Source of the DNA: Tricharina praecox | Lineage: Eukaryota | Length of the DNA stretch: 64,000 nt | Assembly (NCBI RefSeq): GCF_024521635.1 | Contig: NW_026250403.1 | Span: 620,001-684,000 of the forward strand | Reading direction: 5' to 3' | In this document: positions 12,461-25,848 of the stretch, in pieces | Position numbering within the stretch: position 1 is the stretch's first letter | Layout: every line of letters begins with the position of its first letter | The notes under the pieces: generated by a model | Seen by the model: the letters and a program-made list of their open reading frames with translations, nothing else | Told to the model about the DNA's origin: nothing | Database searches by the model: none | Program-made: the position numbers and the translations under genes

Positions 12461-13882
12461 ATGCGGTTCAACTTTTCTCGAACTCTAATTATGGTGCTGA
12501 GCATCCTACCATTAGTTTTCGCTCAAGACTACTACAAAGTACGGGCCTCGTCTTCTTCGTCTTCTTCTCCGTCGCCTTGCTACATCCACAGATAAGCTAA
12601 CCGCGAACAGATACTAGGAGTCGACAAATCGGCCTCCGACAGAGACATCAAGCGCGCATATCGTACGCTGTCCAAGAAATGGCATCCCGACAAGAACCCC
12701 GACAAGCCCGAAGCTACCGACAAGTTCCGCGAAGTAGCCGAGGCCTACGAGACGTTATCGGACGCCGAGACCCGCAAGCTATATGACCGCCACGGCGCCG
12801 AGGGTCTGAAACAGCACCAACAGGGCGGCGGCCGCCAGCAACACCACGATCCCTTCGATCTCTTCTCGCGCTTCTTTGGCGGCGGCCACTACGGCGGCGG
12901 AATGCAGCGTGGCCGGGACAAGGACGTCAAGATTGCCGTGCCGCTGCGCGACTTCTACACCGGCGCTCGAAAGACCTTTTCTGTCGAGAAGCAGCACATA
13001 TGCAATGAGTGTCAGGGAAGCGGGAGCACGGACGGACATACCGAGTCGTGCAACGAGTGCGGAGGCCGCGGAATGCGCATCGTCAAACATATGCTCGCCC
13101 CCGGAATGTTCCAGCACGTGCAGAGCGTGTGCGATAAGTGCGGCGGACAGGGCCAGATCATCAGCCACCCCTGTAAGGTGTGCAAAGGCCAAAAGGTGGT
13201 GCGCGGGGAGGCTACATTCGAGCTCGACGTGGAGAAGGGTGTGCCGAAGGGGGAGACAGTGGTCTTCGAGAATGAAGCCGACGAGAGTCCTGAATGGATC
13301 GCGGGTAACCTCCGCGTTCATCTCGATCAACTGGATCCGGACGGAAAGGTGGACCCAGACAATGTGGATGAGGTGGCGCATGGCCCTACCGACGGCATGT
13401 GGTTCCGACGGAAGGGTGTCGACCTATACTGGAAGGAAGCCCTCAGTCTTCGGGAGGCTCTCCTCGGCGATTGGGCCAGAAACCTCACGCATCTCGACGG
13501 ACATCTGGTTAGACTGGGAAGGAAGTTGGGAGAGACCATCCAGCCCAACTTTGTCGAGAGAATAAAGGGCGAGGGCATGCCCATCTGGAAGGACGAGGAC
13601 GATAAATACGGCGATCTAATTGTCGAATACCAGGTTATCCTGCCAGATCTGATGGAGAGCGCCATGAGGGCGGACCTGAATGCGGTTTTCAACAAGTGGC
13701 TGGATAAGAAGACAGGAAGCAGTGGAGAGGGCGAGTCACCGGGGGGTTTATTGGGTCCGTTGGCAGGACAAACCGTGACGATCTGGCGGTGTAAAGATCT
13801 CCCTCTGACAGAGCTTGTTCCTGCTGTTTCAGCCTTTTTGCTTGCAATGGTGGGTGGAATGTTTTTGTTTCGAAGGGGCTAA
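12461..13882 (+). CDS. SCJ1: Type I DnaJ/Hsp40 co-chaperone with signal peptide (Scj1-like, ER)
   Basis: Exon 1 (12461-12538) [26 protein letters not shown]; intron 12539-12610; exon 2 carries a J-domain with HPDKN, a G/F region, four CxxCxGxG repeats and the C-terminal substrate-binding domain. The extreme C-terminus is uncertain. Confidence 0.88.
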
Positions 13883-14231
13883 TTACATATTTACAATGAG
13901 AATGGGATGGATCATGCGAGGGGGGCCAACTTTTGTGTATTTTAGGAAAGGGTTCCGGATTCCCGCTGCAGGAGCTGATGGTTTGTATCCATCCATAGAT
14001 GATTGAGTTTTTACCTGGTCCAGTGTCGTCGTGATCATTCTGAGCCGCGAGCACGTGAGTTACTGAAGTATGTATTGTACAACTCACCACCTATACGTCC
14101 AGCTTGAGCCGTCTCCTTGTCCAACCATCCATCTACATACACGCTCTACATATACTTTCTCGCAAAAAAAGCAACGACAACCTTTCTTAACACGAGCAAC
14201 AATCCACGCACCTACATCCCCACCGCCCCCG

Positions 14232-15334
14232 ATGCCCACGATTCCCGAACTGCACCTCGAATGCAAGCTATTAATCGACGACGCAGTAGCTCCCGAGTAT
14301 GGGGCCTCTTCCAGCGTCCCAAAGCAGGCTACATGCTTTGTGGAAGCGGCGACGGGCAAGCCCTTCCGGATCGTGGTGTGGTCGCTGCGCTACATCTCGC
14401 CGCGGCTGTACGCGTACACCTTCATCGACGGGGTGCTACAGGGCCGGCGGCTGTCGAAATGCATGTACGCAGACAACCCGCCACACCTCGTCAGCGTCCG
14501 CCTGGCAGGAAACGTCGAGAAGAAGAAACTCGACGATGGCACCTACGTCTACCACATGCGCAAGTGGAAGTTTAAGGAGCTCGTGCGGTCTGGTGCGTGC
14601 GTGAGTCTGCTGTCTTGGCTTTGGCTTCCGTCCAATCATTCCCCCGGAGACGGGCTAGCGGTGCGTGCGGTGGACGGTGCTGACAAGGCCACGCCCGGAC
14701 CCGAACGAGGGCACGTCCGTCCCGTCGGAGACGCTGAGCAAGCTGGGCACCATCGAGGTGGTGGTGATCCGCTGGCAGCCGCTGGCCACACCACCGGTGG
14801 CTAGCTTCGGGGACGCCCAACAACCTCGAGGCCCCATCCCCGGCCGGAAAGACGTCAAGCGGCGCGACACCAGCAATCGGCAGAGGACAGCCCCGCTGCT
14901 GCCGGAGACGTTTAGCGAAAGGTCGCTGAAGGGCTCGTCGATCTCGCATGTGGTCGCCCTCGACGACAAGGTCACGACTATGCGCAAGACGGGGGTCTAC
15001 GGCACGTGGCTGGACACGCTGGCTAACCCGTACGCAAGGTTTTCGTTCAAGTACACGAATAGGACGAATCTGGAGTGCATCGGGTTGATCCCGGAGGCCT
15101 CCAGGTTCGAGAACATGACCAGGGCGGAGTTGCTCATGGAGCTTAAGCGGAAAATGGCGGTAGGTCTCCCTCCAATCAGAGCCCAGCGCAAAGAGCGTGC
15201 TGTGCTGACCAAGTGTTCAGAGCGAGGAGCAAAACACTCCGATCAAGCAGGAGAAGCGGGTCAAGCAGGAGGAGGGGAAGGATATTCGTCAATGGAACTT
15301 TAGGGGGGGTGAGGTGGTCGATCTTTCTGATTAG
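14232..15334 (+). CDS. Uncharacterised fungal protein (resembles the DUF7918-type family)
   Basis: MPTIPELHLECKLLIDD...PEYG...CFVEAATGKPFRI...FIDGV...KLGTIEVVVIRW...SERSLKGSSISH...PYARFSFKYTNRTNLECIGLIP. The last intron (15160-15220) gives the tail SEEQNTPIKQEKRVKQEE...EVVDLSD*. An internal intron at ~14593-14700 is not precisely resolved. Confidence 0.7.
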
Positions 15335-17612
15335 GCAAGGCAGATACCTGGAGGTTGTGTTTTTCTGGGGCCGTTTCGTTTTTTGTTATCGTCCGTCTGC
15401 TTCTCACCACCAAGGTTTTTTGTTTTTTTATCAATGGAAACATCCAGTGCGTGCTGGCACGGGCACATATCATTATCTACATAATGGAACTGACGGAAAC
15501 TACAACCCGTATAGTATAGTAAAAGTGCCATCAGTTCGCAAGTTTCATTCGCACCAACCAACCACGCCGCTTTTACTGCGAGATTCTCCGAGTCGAGTCG
15601 AGTGATTATTGCGGTACGCGCGGCGGCGGCAACGGTGGGAGATCGAGAAGCGGAAAGGGCAGGTCCAGATACCGGTATGTATCCAAGCCCTTAGTTAGCC
15701 GAAGAAAATGCAACCCAGCCGTGCTGGACTTCCTGGGGAACCAATGGATGTCGGCAGGATCGGATCGGACCCAGGGAGAACGGTAATGAGGAGCAGGAGA
15801 AGGTGGAGGAGGAGCAGGAGTAGGGTGAAGCGGGTTAGGTACGCGAGTCGTCTAGGACGGGTAGACTACCTACTTAGGAAGAGAAATATGCGAGCGCCAT
15901 CTCGTTTGTCCTTTCCTGGTTGTATCCACGTTGCCGGATAGGTACCGGTAGTGGGGAGAGGAGAAGTCCCCGTCGGGACTCGAGGGGCCAGTCACATCGG
16001 TGACCGGTGGGGCCGGACTCCGTGTACGCACTCAAAACCTACCATGACCAGACCCGGTCGAATACCTACAGGATGATGGAACGAAAACAAAAACATAGGT
16101 GGGGGTCAGAGTTGGCAGTGTTCATCCGTAGCCAATCTGTGACTCCTACGTTTCCTCCCCTCCCCTCAGGTCCCACTCCTGCACCCAGGGACATGATCAC
16201 ATAGGTGGAATCGCCCCCTCCGGGTGACACGGCAATCTCACGACTACCGTATGTACGTCACAGGGAAATCCGCTGGTTTTGGGCCTGAATTTCCTGGGTT
16301 TAGTGTGAGCGGCGGGAAGCGTTGGCTCAAAGTCCAATGTCCTCGTCGAATCCGGCCTGGCCGCGCAGCTCTTCAAAAGCTCCCTTATGTGCGTGTATAC
16401 ATCATACGCAAGGCGTGCGAGACCGCAAAGCAGTCCGAAGACTGCCCCCCATTGTCCCGTTTCGGCGCTCGGTTTGAAGCGGCTGCGGCTTTTTCGGGAG
16501 AGCCTAGTTAGAGGCGTGCGGTATATACTATACGGTATACCATCCTCACGATCGAGTGCAAACTGCAAACGGGATGGTGATGATGATGATGATTGCCGGT
16601 GGGAATTTGGGACCCACTCACCCAACCACCCACCCACCCATACCGCCGGGTCACTTCTGCCGAAAACTCGCATGGCGAGGAGGCAGTAGTATAAGGCAGG
16701 AATGGGGGTGAGTCGATAGCACAATACGATATATGTAGCGAGCGAGCGAGCGGTATCTCAAGACTCCGGGCCTTGCCACTCACACACAGGGATACCTCGT
16801 CGAGTGATTCCGCATGCTCCTTCCCCGATCCGAATAGGTAAGCAGCATCTAGCAAAACCCCCATCTCTCAATAATGTCTCACCCCCCAGCAGACGATTCA
16901 GGAATGTAAATCCGTTGCTGACTGTGAGTGTTCGACCTTGGGATTCGGAATTGAGTGCTGGTCGTCTCCACCGGATATGCCGTGCTCCAGTGCCTGACAC
17001 ACGACACCTCGCACACGCACGTACGGCATAGAGTACGGCGTACGCCCTCGAAAACTTACGCACTCAAGTAGTAATCTGCATATAGCTACATGTACGGAGC
17101 AGCGATAGGTGCTGCCTGTCTCATGTTCCCCCCCCCCCCCGAGGGTACGTACGCGTTCGCATGTTTTTCGCACCAGAGGAATGTACATGTACATGTATGG
17201 AGGTTCACGTCGTGTCACCGTGTCAGGGGGAAAAAACATCTCAAGTCACCATTTGCCACCGCTCAATTGCATGGTTTAAGATTGCTTGAGCGAACGATAG
17301 GTGATTTCCTGATCGATTGCATGGCGCTGACTGTCAGCAATGTATCATACCTACTATCAATTGCGTCGCGTTCATAAAAAAAAAAGACGTTTATGTGATG
17401 TACCATCCGGAATAATCCCAAACACGTACGATAACTAACTGGGTAGAGTACATTCTGGATGGCGATTCTTGCCACGACACAGGTCATCACTCGGCAACAT
17501 TCCGATGGGCGGAATTTGTCCGGCCGAAAACTCCCGAGCTCGTATGAACGACGCGGGGGCGTGGCGTCCGTCGGTCGTTGATTCATCTCCCGAAGCTTTT
17601 GCTTCGGCCATA

Positions 17613-17800
17613 GTCATCATCATCAGCATCATCACCGTCACCACCGTCATCGTCATCACCATCGTCATCGTCATCACCATCATCATCATCATCATCATCG
17701 TTGCCACATCTGGTTAGGTACCCGACCGTGGGGCCCGAATACATAGTGGTTGTGGTGGTGGTGGTGGTGGTGGTGGTGGTGGTGGTAGTGGTGGTGGTTG
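17613..17800. repeat. Adjacent (CAT/CAC/CGT)n and (GTG)n microsatellites
   Basis: A CAT/CAC/CGT run at ~17613-17700 and a GTG run at ~17746-17798. Confidence 0.9.
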
Positions 17801-19764
17801 GATGTTGGGTGGGCTTCGACGGCGGACGGCAAATATTTGTTCGAGCTGAGAAGGATTCGCCGTTCAGTTCAGTTCAGATTACCCTCCGGGCCCGCCACAC
17901 TGGTGCCGATGTTGCCTCGCTCGCTACATACATGAGCAACACCACTGCACCAGTAGAGTAGTAGTAGGGTGTCCTGTTAATGTTACCACAACTTGGTGGT
18001 GCCCGCTTGCATTAGCCCAAGTTTAAGGTTGATCTATCATAAATAAGCGGATTCCCACCTGCCGAAATGCCACTCAGGGATTTCTTGGCTCTTTGGGAGG
18101 GGAAAGGAGGGGAGGGGAGGTCAGCAATTGCTTGCTGCCTCGATGCTCACGAGCGGAAAACGGGGTGGAGCCTTACATGCCCGTAGGACGTGTAGGAGTG
18201 GGTGGAGTGGGAGGGTGGGGAGGGGGACGCTCCGAGGGAACTTGTATGTACCTGTGTAGGGAACGAAGAGGGGTATGTACTTTCCGGATAGACGCCGGTA
18301 GTGTGTTTTGCTTTGCCCGTTTCCTTAGTTGCCGTTTGAGTCACGGCTGGTTACTGGTTGAGAAGGGGGGGGGGAGAAATCATAGGTAGTGTACTCGCAC
18401 AGACATCCCCAGCCAAAAGCTGAAGCTGACTAGACGGAATACCGTCAGCCGTCTGCCGGCGGCCAGCGGCTCTCTGATGGGTACGTACCGAGTGTTGGTG
18501 ATAGACGAGAATCGCCTCAAGCTGACCCGCACAGGCTTTCTCGGACTCTCATAGGTCTGCTGCGGATCCGCGAAGTGCTCGGGTACTTGCATTATCTGAC
18601 ACCGCTGCGGGGCGGGGAGGGGGGCGACACATTGGGCCCCGAGTACCGACGGTGAGGAGAGTACATAGGAGGCATAGGATGCATATATCCTTCCTTCGAG
18701 TGCATATTTGTTCAGTTAGCTGCAATTGTTCCTGCACCTCGGAGCATTCACTGGCGAAAAAAGGCACGCAGGTTAACTACCGGCCGCACATACCCAGAGG
18801 AACATCCTATGCCGCCAGCAGCAACAATGCAACATGGCCACGCGCTATGTTCACCACGAACATAACGTATGGTTGGGCTTCATGGCGACAGTGTCTAGAC
18901 GGATCTGCAATGCACAACATCGGTTCCCCTAGGGGGGAGAGCCCTTTCCCACATGAGAGAAAGCAAGTACTTTGGTACGGCTCCTTGCAGTTCAGCGAGA
19001 AGAGAAACTAGCTGGTTTGCAGTGGTGGAAGTCCGTGGAACCAACTACCGAGGATGGCCCGGAAGGACCAACGGAAAATCCAACGCTGGCGGAAAGAAGG
19101 GGGCAGCAGTGGGTACTAGAAGTAGTAGCCTGCGGGCTATCTGACACCAGATAGCATGGCGTACCCGATGCAGGAAACGGGCCTACTCTAGGAGTGGATC
19201 TCGAATGTATGCAGCGGCAGCAGACCAAGCCAACTAGACGGCCTTCATGTTGACGCCTCCCGTCACGCCGGCCCACATCCAGCATCTTCGTTCTCTTTGA
19301 GTTTCTTTCTGTTTGCTTCGCGCTGGAATGTGATATTCGTCCGTCGGAGTTGGAAGGGACCGATGAGTGCAGTGCATCTAATCTACTCCTCCTCCTCCTC
19401 CACAGCCAACGATCCAGCGTACCGCTGACCCTACGTAGGCCCAGCCCAACACCGCGATATGCTGTGTCCATGTGTGCGTGCTTCAAGCTTGCGGTCCGGG
19501 AACGAAATACACGGGCTAGTACTATGGACTGGGCTTCTTGGTACCCCACAGTAAGCTGAGCTTCGGCTCTGGCTGGCTCTTTCGTTGAAGACCGGATATC
19601 TGCGCCCTTTGCTCACCCACCTCCCCCATATGAGTGTGTATGTATGTATTTATGTATGTAAGTATGTACAATACATGCTGGATAGATGGATGACGGTGAC
19701 GACCCTGTACGTTACCTCGACAGTCGTTGTGTGCCTGGGGCGATTACTCAAGCTCGGGTCCGTG

Positions 19765-19886
19765 GATCCGTCCTTGTCGGTGTCTCCGCCCACCCGTGCT
19801 GGGTAGTTACTGGGTATAATTTTGGTGCTCGCGCTCGCGTGCTTAGATCCGTCCTTGTCCGTGTCTCCGCCCCACCCGTGCTGGGT
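19765..19886. repeat. ~40-bp near-identical direct duplication
   Basis: GATCCGTCCTTGTC(G/C)GTGTCTCCGCCC(C)ACCCGTGCTGGGT at 19765-19804 and 19846-19886. Confidence 0.9.
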
Positions 19887-21347
19887 GCCGGTGTTGGTTG
19901 TTGGTGTTGGTATTGGTTGTTGGTGTTGGTATTGGTGCTCGCGCTCGTGCTCGCACTCGTTGTCGTCGTCCTCCCCGCCTCCAGACCGCTCCGGATGATT
20001 ACCCCAGGAAAAGCGTCCGCGGATCCGCATCAAACGCTAAGTCGCGTGGTCAACTGCGATGCAGGGCTGTCGGATAGCGAAAATACCAACCCTTGACCAG
20101 CAATAAAGTGTTTTATGCACTCCGCCTCAAGACGTCACCACCAACAGGCTGGGAGCAATATATTCAATATACTCCAGATTCGATTCCGAGGCCGATTCGC
20201 TTGTCAGAAGTCCAATCGCCTGCAAGGGTTTGGCTGGATACTCTATGTAGATGGGCTCTGCTCCAGACGATGATCAAAGGTGGGGGAGGACTCGGAGCGG
20301 GGCAAACTATGTACCATGCTGCGTGGAGCGTGATACCTCCCGTAGAGTACTCCACAGTCTCCCTCCTACTGGGTACGGCGGGGGGTGCAGAGTGCGGTGC
20401 AGTGCAATCTGACCTGCACAGTGCACATGTATCTGCAGGAATCTCTGGTTCGAATGAATGCAGAGAGCGGAGTATGTGCGTCGATAGCCACGGGAAAGTA
20501 CCTATGCAATCTTCTGCGGGGGGATGTGCTCGACTGCGCTGCCTGTCGGACTCACCAGAACTCCAAACGATGCATGACCGCTTGTGCCCCTGTAGCAGGT
20601 ACATGTAAGGCTGATCGAATGCGGGTTATTTCCGGCGCTGCTGGGAAGTTGGTTGGAACTTGGTGGCCGAAGCGACCAAGCATCGTCCGGAGCCGGGTAA
20701 ACTCCAGCAACATCAACAGCGTTCCGTGTAACTACCAGGGTAACCATCCAAGTACTAACAGGTAGAGTAACTGCCATTGCGGGTAACGAGGGACCCCGCG
20801 CTACACGAACGTCCAGCCTAGGCTCAGCTAACACTACTCTACTCCGCTCTATGTACTCTATTCTACTCTATCTACTCCACTCTACTCTACATACGTGCTG
20901 CAGATCACTCCGCGCGCTGCATACGGGCTCGCGAACCTCCAGCCGACATCCATTACGCATCCCACGCTCGACGATGGCGGCATCCCAGAGCGCCCCCGAT
21001 GCGAAGGGCGCAATTTACGGCCAGCTATTGGACCCAGCCCGAGCCCCCCAGCCCCGGACCCAGCCCTGGACCTGTCTGGACCCTGCTGTCCGCGACCTTG
21101 GGAATGAGGTCGCCACTGGGCGTGTGTGCCAGGGGGGCTTTGCAGGAAGGCTGGCTGGCTGGCTCGACTCGGCGGCCTTACGCGCAGTCACAGACAGAGC
21201 TCCGAGTCGTTTACGTACTCTAACTACTATACAACACCGTCCACAGCCGGCCGGCTCGCGTACCTACCTACCAAAGCACCTAAGGTACTGTACCTCCTAG
21301 GCACCGCATCCCACACCCAAATCACTATTGGAGAGATCGCCCCGACA

Positions 21348-21431
21348 TCCGCTTGCGGGGTCGAAATACAGAATCGCTTGCGGAGACGAAGTACAGGATC
21401 GCTTGTGGAGTCGAAATACAGAATCGCTTGC
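21348..21431. repeat. 25-bp minisatellite, ~3.4 copies
   Basis: Consensus unit ATCGCTTGCGGAGTCGAAATACAGA in tandem with a few substitutions. Confidence 0.9.
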
Positions 21432-21697
21432 AGTGGCGAGCAAGGAACAGCTTTTTCGCACCTTCGATCCCGGGTGGTGGTGGGGGGTCGTCCCACCGAC
21501 ACGTTTGGCGGCGGGCCGCGTGTTACCGAGGCTCGAAGCGGCCAAGAAAAGCCCTTATTCATCCCATGCTGGATGAGCTCTCCACACAGTGGGTTGATGC
21601 CAAATTAATGAGCTCTCACCCCCGGTCCGAGGAGAAACTGGTAGTGGGGATTGTTCGAGGAGGTCTCACTCGCATGGTTCTTCAGCGCCGGGCGAGA

Positions 21698-21845
21698 CTG
21701 CACCACTGCACCACTGCACCACTGCACCACTGCACCACTGCACCACTGCACCACTGCGCGTCAGGGCAAGGCCGAGAATGCACCACCACCTGTACCGTGA
21801 GATGGATGCGATGGATGCGACGGATGCGATGGATGCGATGCGATG
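21698..21845. repeat. (CTGCACCA)~7 followed by (GATGGATGC)~4 tandem repeats
   Basis: Read directly at ~21698-21757 and ~21800-21845. Confidence 0.9.
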
Positions 21846-24800
21846 GTCGTAGCGGTGCACCGGAGCAGCTGTGGGGCTGCACTGCACGGCACTGCTCCGA
21901 ACTCTGCTCCCGAGGCCGTTGCCCCGTAGGTCCTGGGAGCCCCGCCTCTCTCCTCTCCGGACTCGCGTGTGCTCAATCCGCCCATGCCGCCGCCGGTCCA
22001 AGTGATGCACAGTCGGTGGCTCGCCACGGACAAGTCGGAGTGGCAGTGCATTCATCCGGTGCGTAGGTGGTGGGTAGGCCGGTTGCTACATAGGTGGTGG
22101 GGCACCCTCCACCCTCCACCCACCACCACCACCACCACCCACCCACCTTAACATGACAACCTGCAGATGTTATGGTGTCCCCGGTTCATTAAAACCTGGC
22201 CACATGACAATTCTGGGCAACGGTTTGGCGACCTGTTTGGCGGAATCCGGGTCAGAACACGGGCAAGGTGCCACGGAGAAGAGAACTAAAGAAAAGAAAG
22301 AAAGAAAGGAAAAAAGCAAAAAAGCAAAAACCGAATGCAATATCCGTGCATACGGATGGCCAGAACCTTGACATATCAAACCCTCCAAGAAGCCATGTAT
22401 GTACCTATTGTACTGATGTATGTATGTGCAATCCCGGTTCACCATTCCGTGGCTCTGCAAGCGCTGCTATGTACCTACTGCGTGAGAATAGGAGGGGGGG
22501 AGGGAGGGAGGGAGGGGGGTTCCATCCGCTTATATCCTGTGGTGGTTCCTTTCGTTGCAAACCGGGGTATACCGCCCAGCCGTTTGTGCCATCGGGTGGC
22601 AGCCTTATTATCCCATACTATGATTACCGATGGCTGCAGCTACACATGTGCACTGTGCACTGGGCTTGCAATCTTTGAGCTTGCAAGGGGAAGAACGACC
22701 GGCCATCCAATCCAACCCAATCCAATCCAGTCCAATCGACCTCAATGGGTCGCGGTGTGGTTTGGATGCAACAGCCCGTCGACGTAGGTAGTCGTCCCCC
22801 CCTCCCCCCCTCCCCCCCTCCCCAAAGGCCCCGAGGAGAAACTACACTACGAGCCAGCTCAACTCAACTGTCACGCTCGCACACGATGGGGGCGTACCGA
22901 ACCGCTGGGGGCCAATACTCGTGTAGATACAAAGTGCATTTTCCTAGGTAGTTGATCGTTACCCGTTGCTGTAGTGGACGGGAATAATAACCGACCAGCG
23001 GTCTGGCGGTCTGGCGGTGTGTAGAGTAAGCCCATCTCCTAGCCAAGGACCTTATTGCATGATACTATGGTTTTTTTTGTAATGTGCGCCTGCTGCTGTC
23101 GTGATCACGAACCTTGGTCCTGTTTGCAATGACTGGTAATGACTGGGGAGGGGGGTTGGTAGTGGTAGTGGTGGTGATGGTGGTGGTGGGGAAGGGGGGG
23201 GGAGAGAGAACGCAAGTCATGAAAGTTGTTGAAGTCTCAGCTCCAAAAGCTAGACGAGGCAGACTTCGGTTGCGGCGGTTGTTCTGACGCTCGGTGCTAG
23301 CTGTTCGCGTCTACGGTAGTTACTAGTTAGAGTGCAGTTGCACTTCCCGCCGGTGGATGTCCGCTACCAACCAACCAGCCAACCCAACCAGCCAACTAGC
23401 CAGCCACCGACATACCGGTATACTCAGCCAAGTAGTTAGTTGTGTAATTATAGGCCAGGTAGCAAGTCCGTCATCCGTCATTTCTTTATCGTACTGTGTA
23501 TGTACACAGGTAGCGGAGGAGTGGAGGAGTTTGAGGAGTGGATCCCCCGCACGCGCGGGGAGGGATGGGGGGGAAGGAGAAGGAGGGCTGTTTCGGGGAT
23601 AGTAGAGTACGCGGGGAGGCCCCGAGCGCTTCTGGGAGGAAGTGGAGGGGGGGGGGGGGGGGGGGCGGCGAACTCATGATGCCTGGCATTCCGATGTGTA
23701 TAGTATACCGGTAGTATTGTGTGTGTGTATGTGCTTAGTTATGCATCTAGGGAACAGTCTCGGCTGTGGGGCGGGGGGGAGGCCGGGGCAAATCATCGGT
23801 GTTGTCCCGTCCCGTTTCGCCATTCCGACGAAGAGCTGCAATACTACACTCTGTCCACATTTGAGGGTTTGGTCTGCTGATCGGCTGACTTCGGAATCGG
23901 AGATGCGGCGAAGGTGAAGGCGAGGCGAGGGCGATGCGAGAGTGAGAGTGACTCAGATGGATGTGTACAGTATTCTACGTACGTATGTTCTCTGTATGTA
24001 CGGTACATACAAGTACACAGTACATGGGTGAAATACTTGGGAGGTAGGAAGTACTTAAGCGAGCTCCCAGAATAATAGCTCAGCACTGAGCACAGCAGAA
24101 TGTCTCGGACCAGAAATTGATCAACCGTATAAGTACTGACTAGCACTTACTACAATTGTGCATAATATGTACAGTGTGTACAATGTGTACGTTGTGTACA
24201 TTGTGTACATACACCATGCGGCTGGGATTGACCTATGCGCGCAGGCTGATCATCCCTAATGGTTCGCATACCTAGTAACCCTAGCCTCGTGTGTGGCCGT
24301 TCCCGCCCCCCCCGTACTCAGACACTGCCCTCCCTGGCCTTGCCTTGCCCTAGCCTAGCTACCCCAGACCTCTGGCCGACAGACAGACCGACAAACGCTC
24401 TCCTCTCCAGTCTCCCTGGCCTTGCCCTAGTTATAGTTATACATAGTAGCTTGCCCACAACCCTAAGACCCCCGATGGCCCACTCGGAAGGCCACACGGA
24501 GAATCGGAGGTCCGCCGGCGGCAACGGGTGGTAGTGGTGATGGAGGTGGTGGTGGATATCGCGTCGCTATCAGTTTGCACTTTAGCTAGTAGTTACCTAG
24601 TAGATACGTACCGGTAACGATGACATGTCTTCTGCAAACAGCCCAGCCCAGCCCAGCCCAACCGGCGATCGGTGGGTCTGCACGTGCACGTGCATGGAAC
24701 TTTTCGCCGGTTGTTCCAAGCCCCACGAAGGGACGAGCCAGCGAACGAACGTGCGTGAAAGGCGCAATCGGTTATTCCAATTGGGGATCGACGGGGGGCA

Positions 24801-25727
24801 TATGTAATGGATTGGCTGGAGGGGAGGGGCGGAGCGGGGAGAAATGCGTATGTGCTTTTCCATGATATCCGGACATGCGGCGGGGCGGGGCGGGTTGAAA
24901 TCTTTCGCCGGTTCGGTTCATGGTGGTGGATGCAGTCGCAGATAGGTAAGTGCATCTTACTGATACTGGTAACTAAGTAGAGTCGAGTACGCTGGGCTGG
25001 GCTGGTCTTAGCTACTACCTAGTAGAGCAATCAACGACGACGAAGCGGGCAGCCCCGCCCAAACATGGTATCTTTCCCAAGCCTAGATCGCGGACGCGGG
25101 GAGGAGGAGGAGGATGAGGAGGAAGAGGAGGAGGGGTCACCCACCTCTGCCTGCTGGTGGACTTGCCGCGGCGCAAGGGTAGTTGTGTTCGGCAGTTTGC
25201 GAAGGGGCTAGCTAGCGGATCACAAAACAGACTCCACGTTGTGTAGCCACCGCCGGCGGCGGCGCGGGCGGGGGATGGGGGAGGGGGGACCTCGATCTAC
25301 GTAGAGTAGGTACTTTACTTACATACTCTGGAGTCTGCCTGTGTACCACTCACTCATCACCAACTCGAGTACCAATACACACTTGAGACCTACATGAGCA
25401 CCTATGTCATCAAGGACCCAATACTGGGCGCCCATCAAAAGCACGTCGACATGCATCATGAAACCTACCATACGGTAGGTGTCTGTGCCGTACTATCGGG
25501 AACCTGTGGCACGTACCGCAAGACATTGATTTTGTTGTTGCACGCCCGGACACTGTGAACGCATGTACGTACCTTGTACCTAAATATGTGTGTAGAGTAT
25601 GTACGAGGTCTCCGAGAGCGCGCACGCGCGGTGAGCGATCATCCGCCTGGCTGGATGGCTGGCTGGCCGCTCGCCTCGCTCCCTCGCTGGACTCGCTGGA
25701 CCCGTTGGCTGCCCGGTCGGTTGGTTG

Positions 25728-25730
<3 letters not shown>

Positions 25731-25814
<84 letters not shown>

Positions 25815-25848
25815 TCTCTCTCTCACTCACTCTCTCTCTCTCTCTCTC
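25731..25848. repeat. (CT)n microsatellite, ~118 bp
   Basis: Nearly pure CT dinucleotide run. Confidence 0.97.

Noticed and set aside
19765-21431. CRISPR-like repeat-spacer arrays
   Set aside because: One repeat has only two copies and the other is a spacerless tandem; the context is eukaryotic with no cas genes.
24457-24466. AACCCTAA as a telomerase RNA template
   Set aside because: An 8-mer is expected by chance in 64 kb, and I could not identify the pseudoknot or CR4/5 elements.
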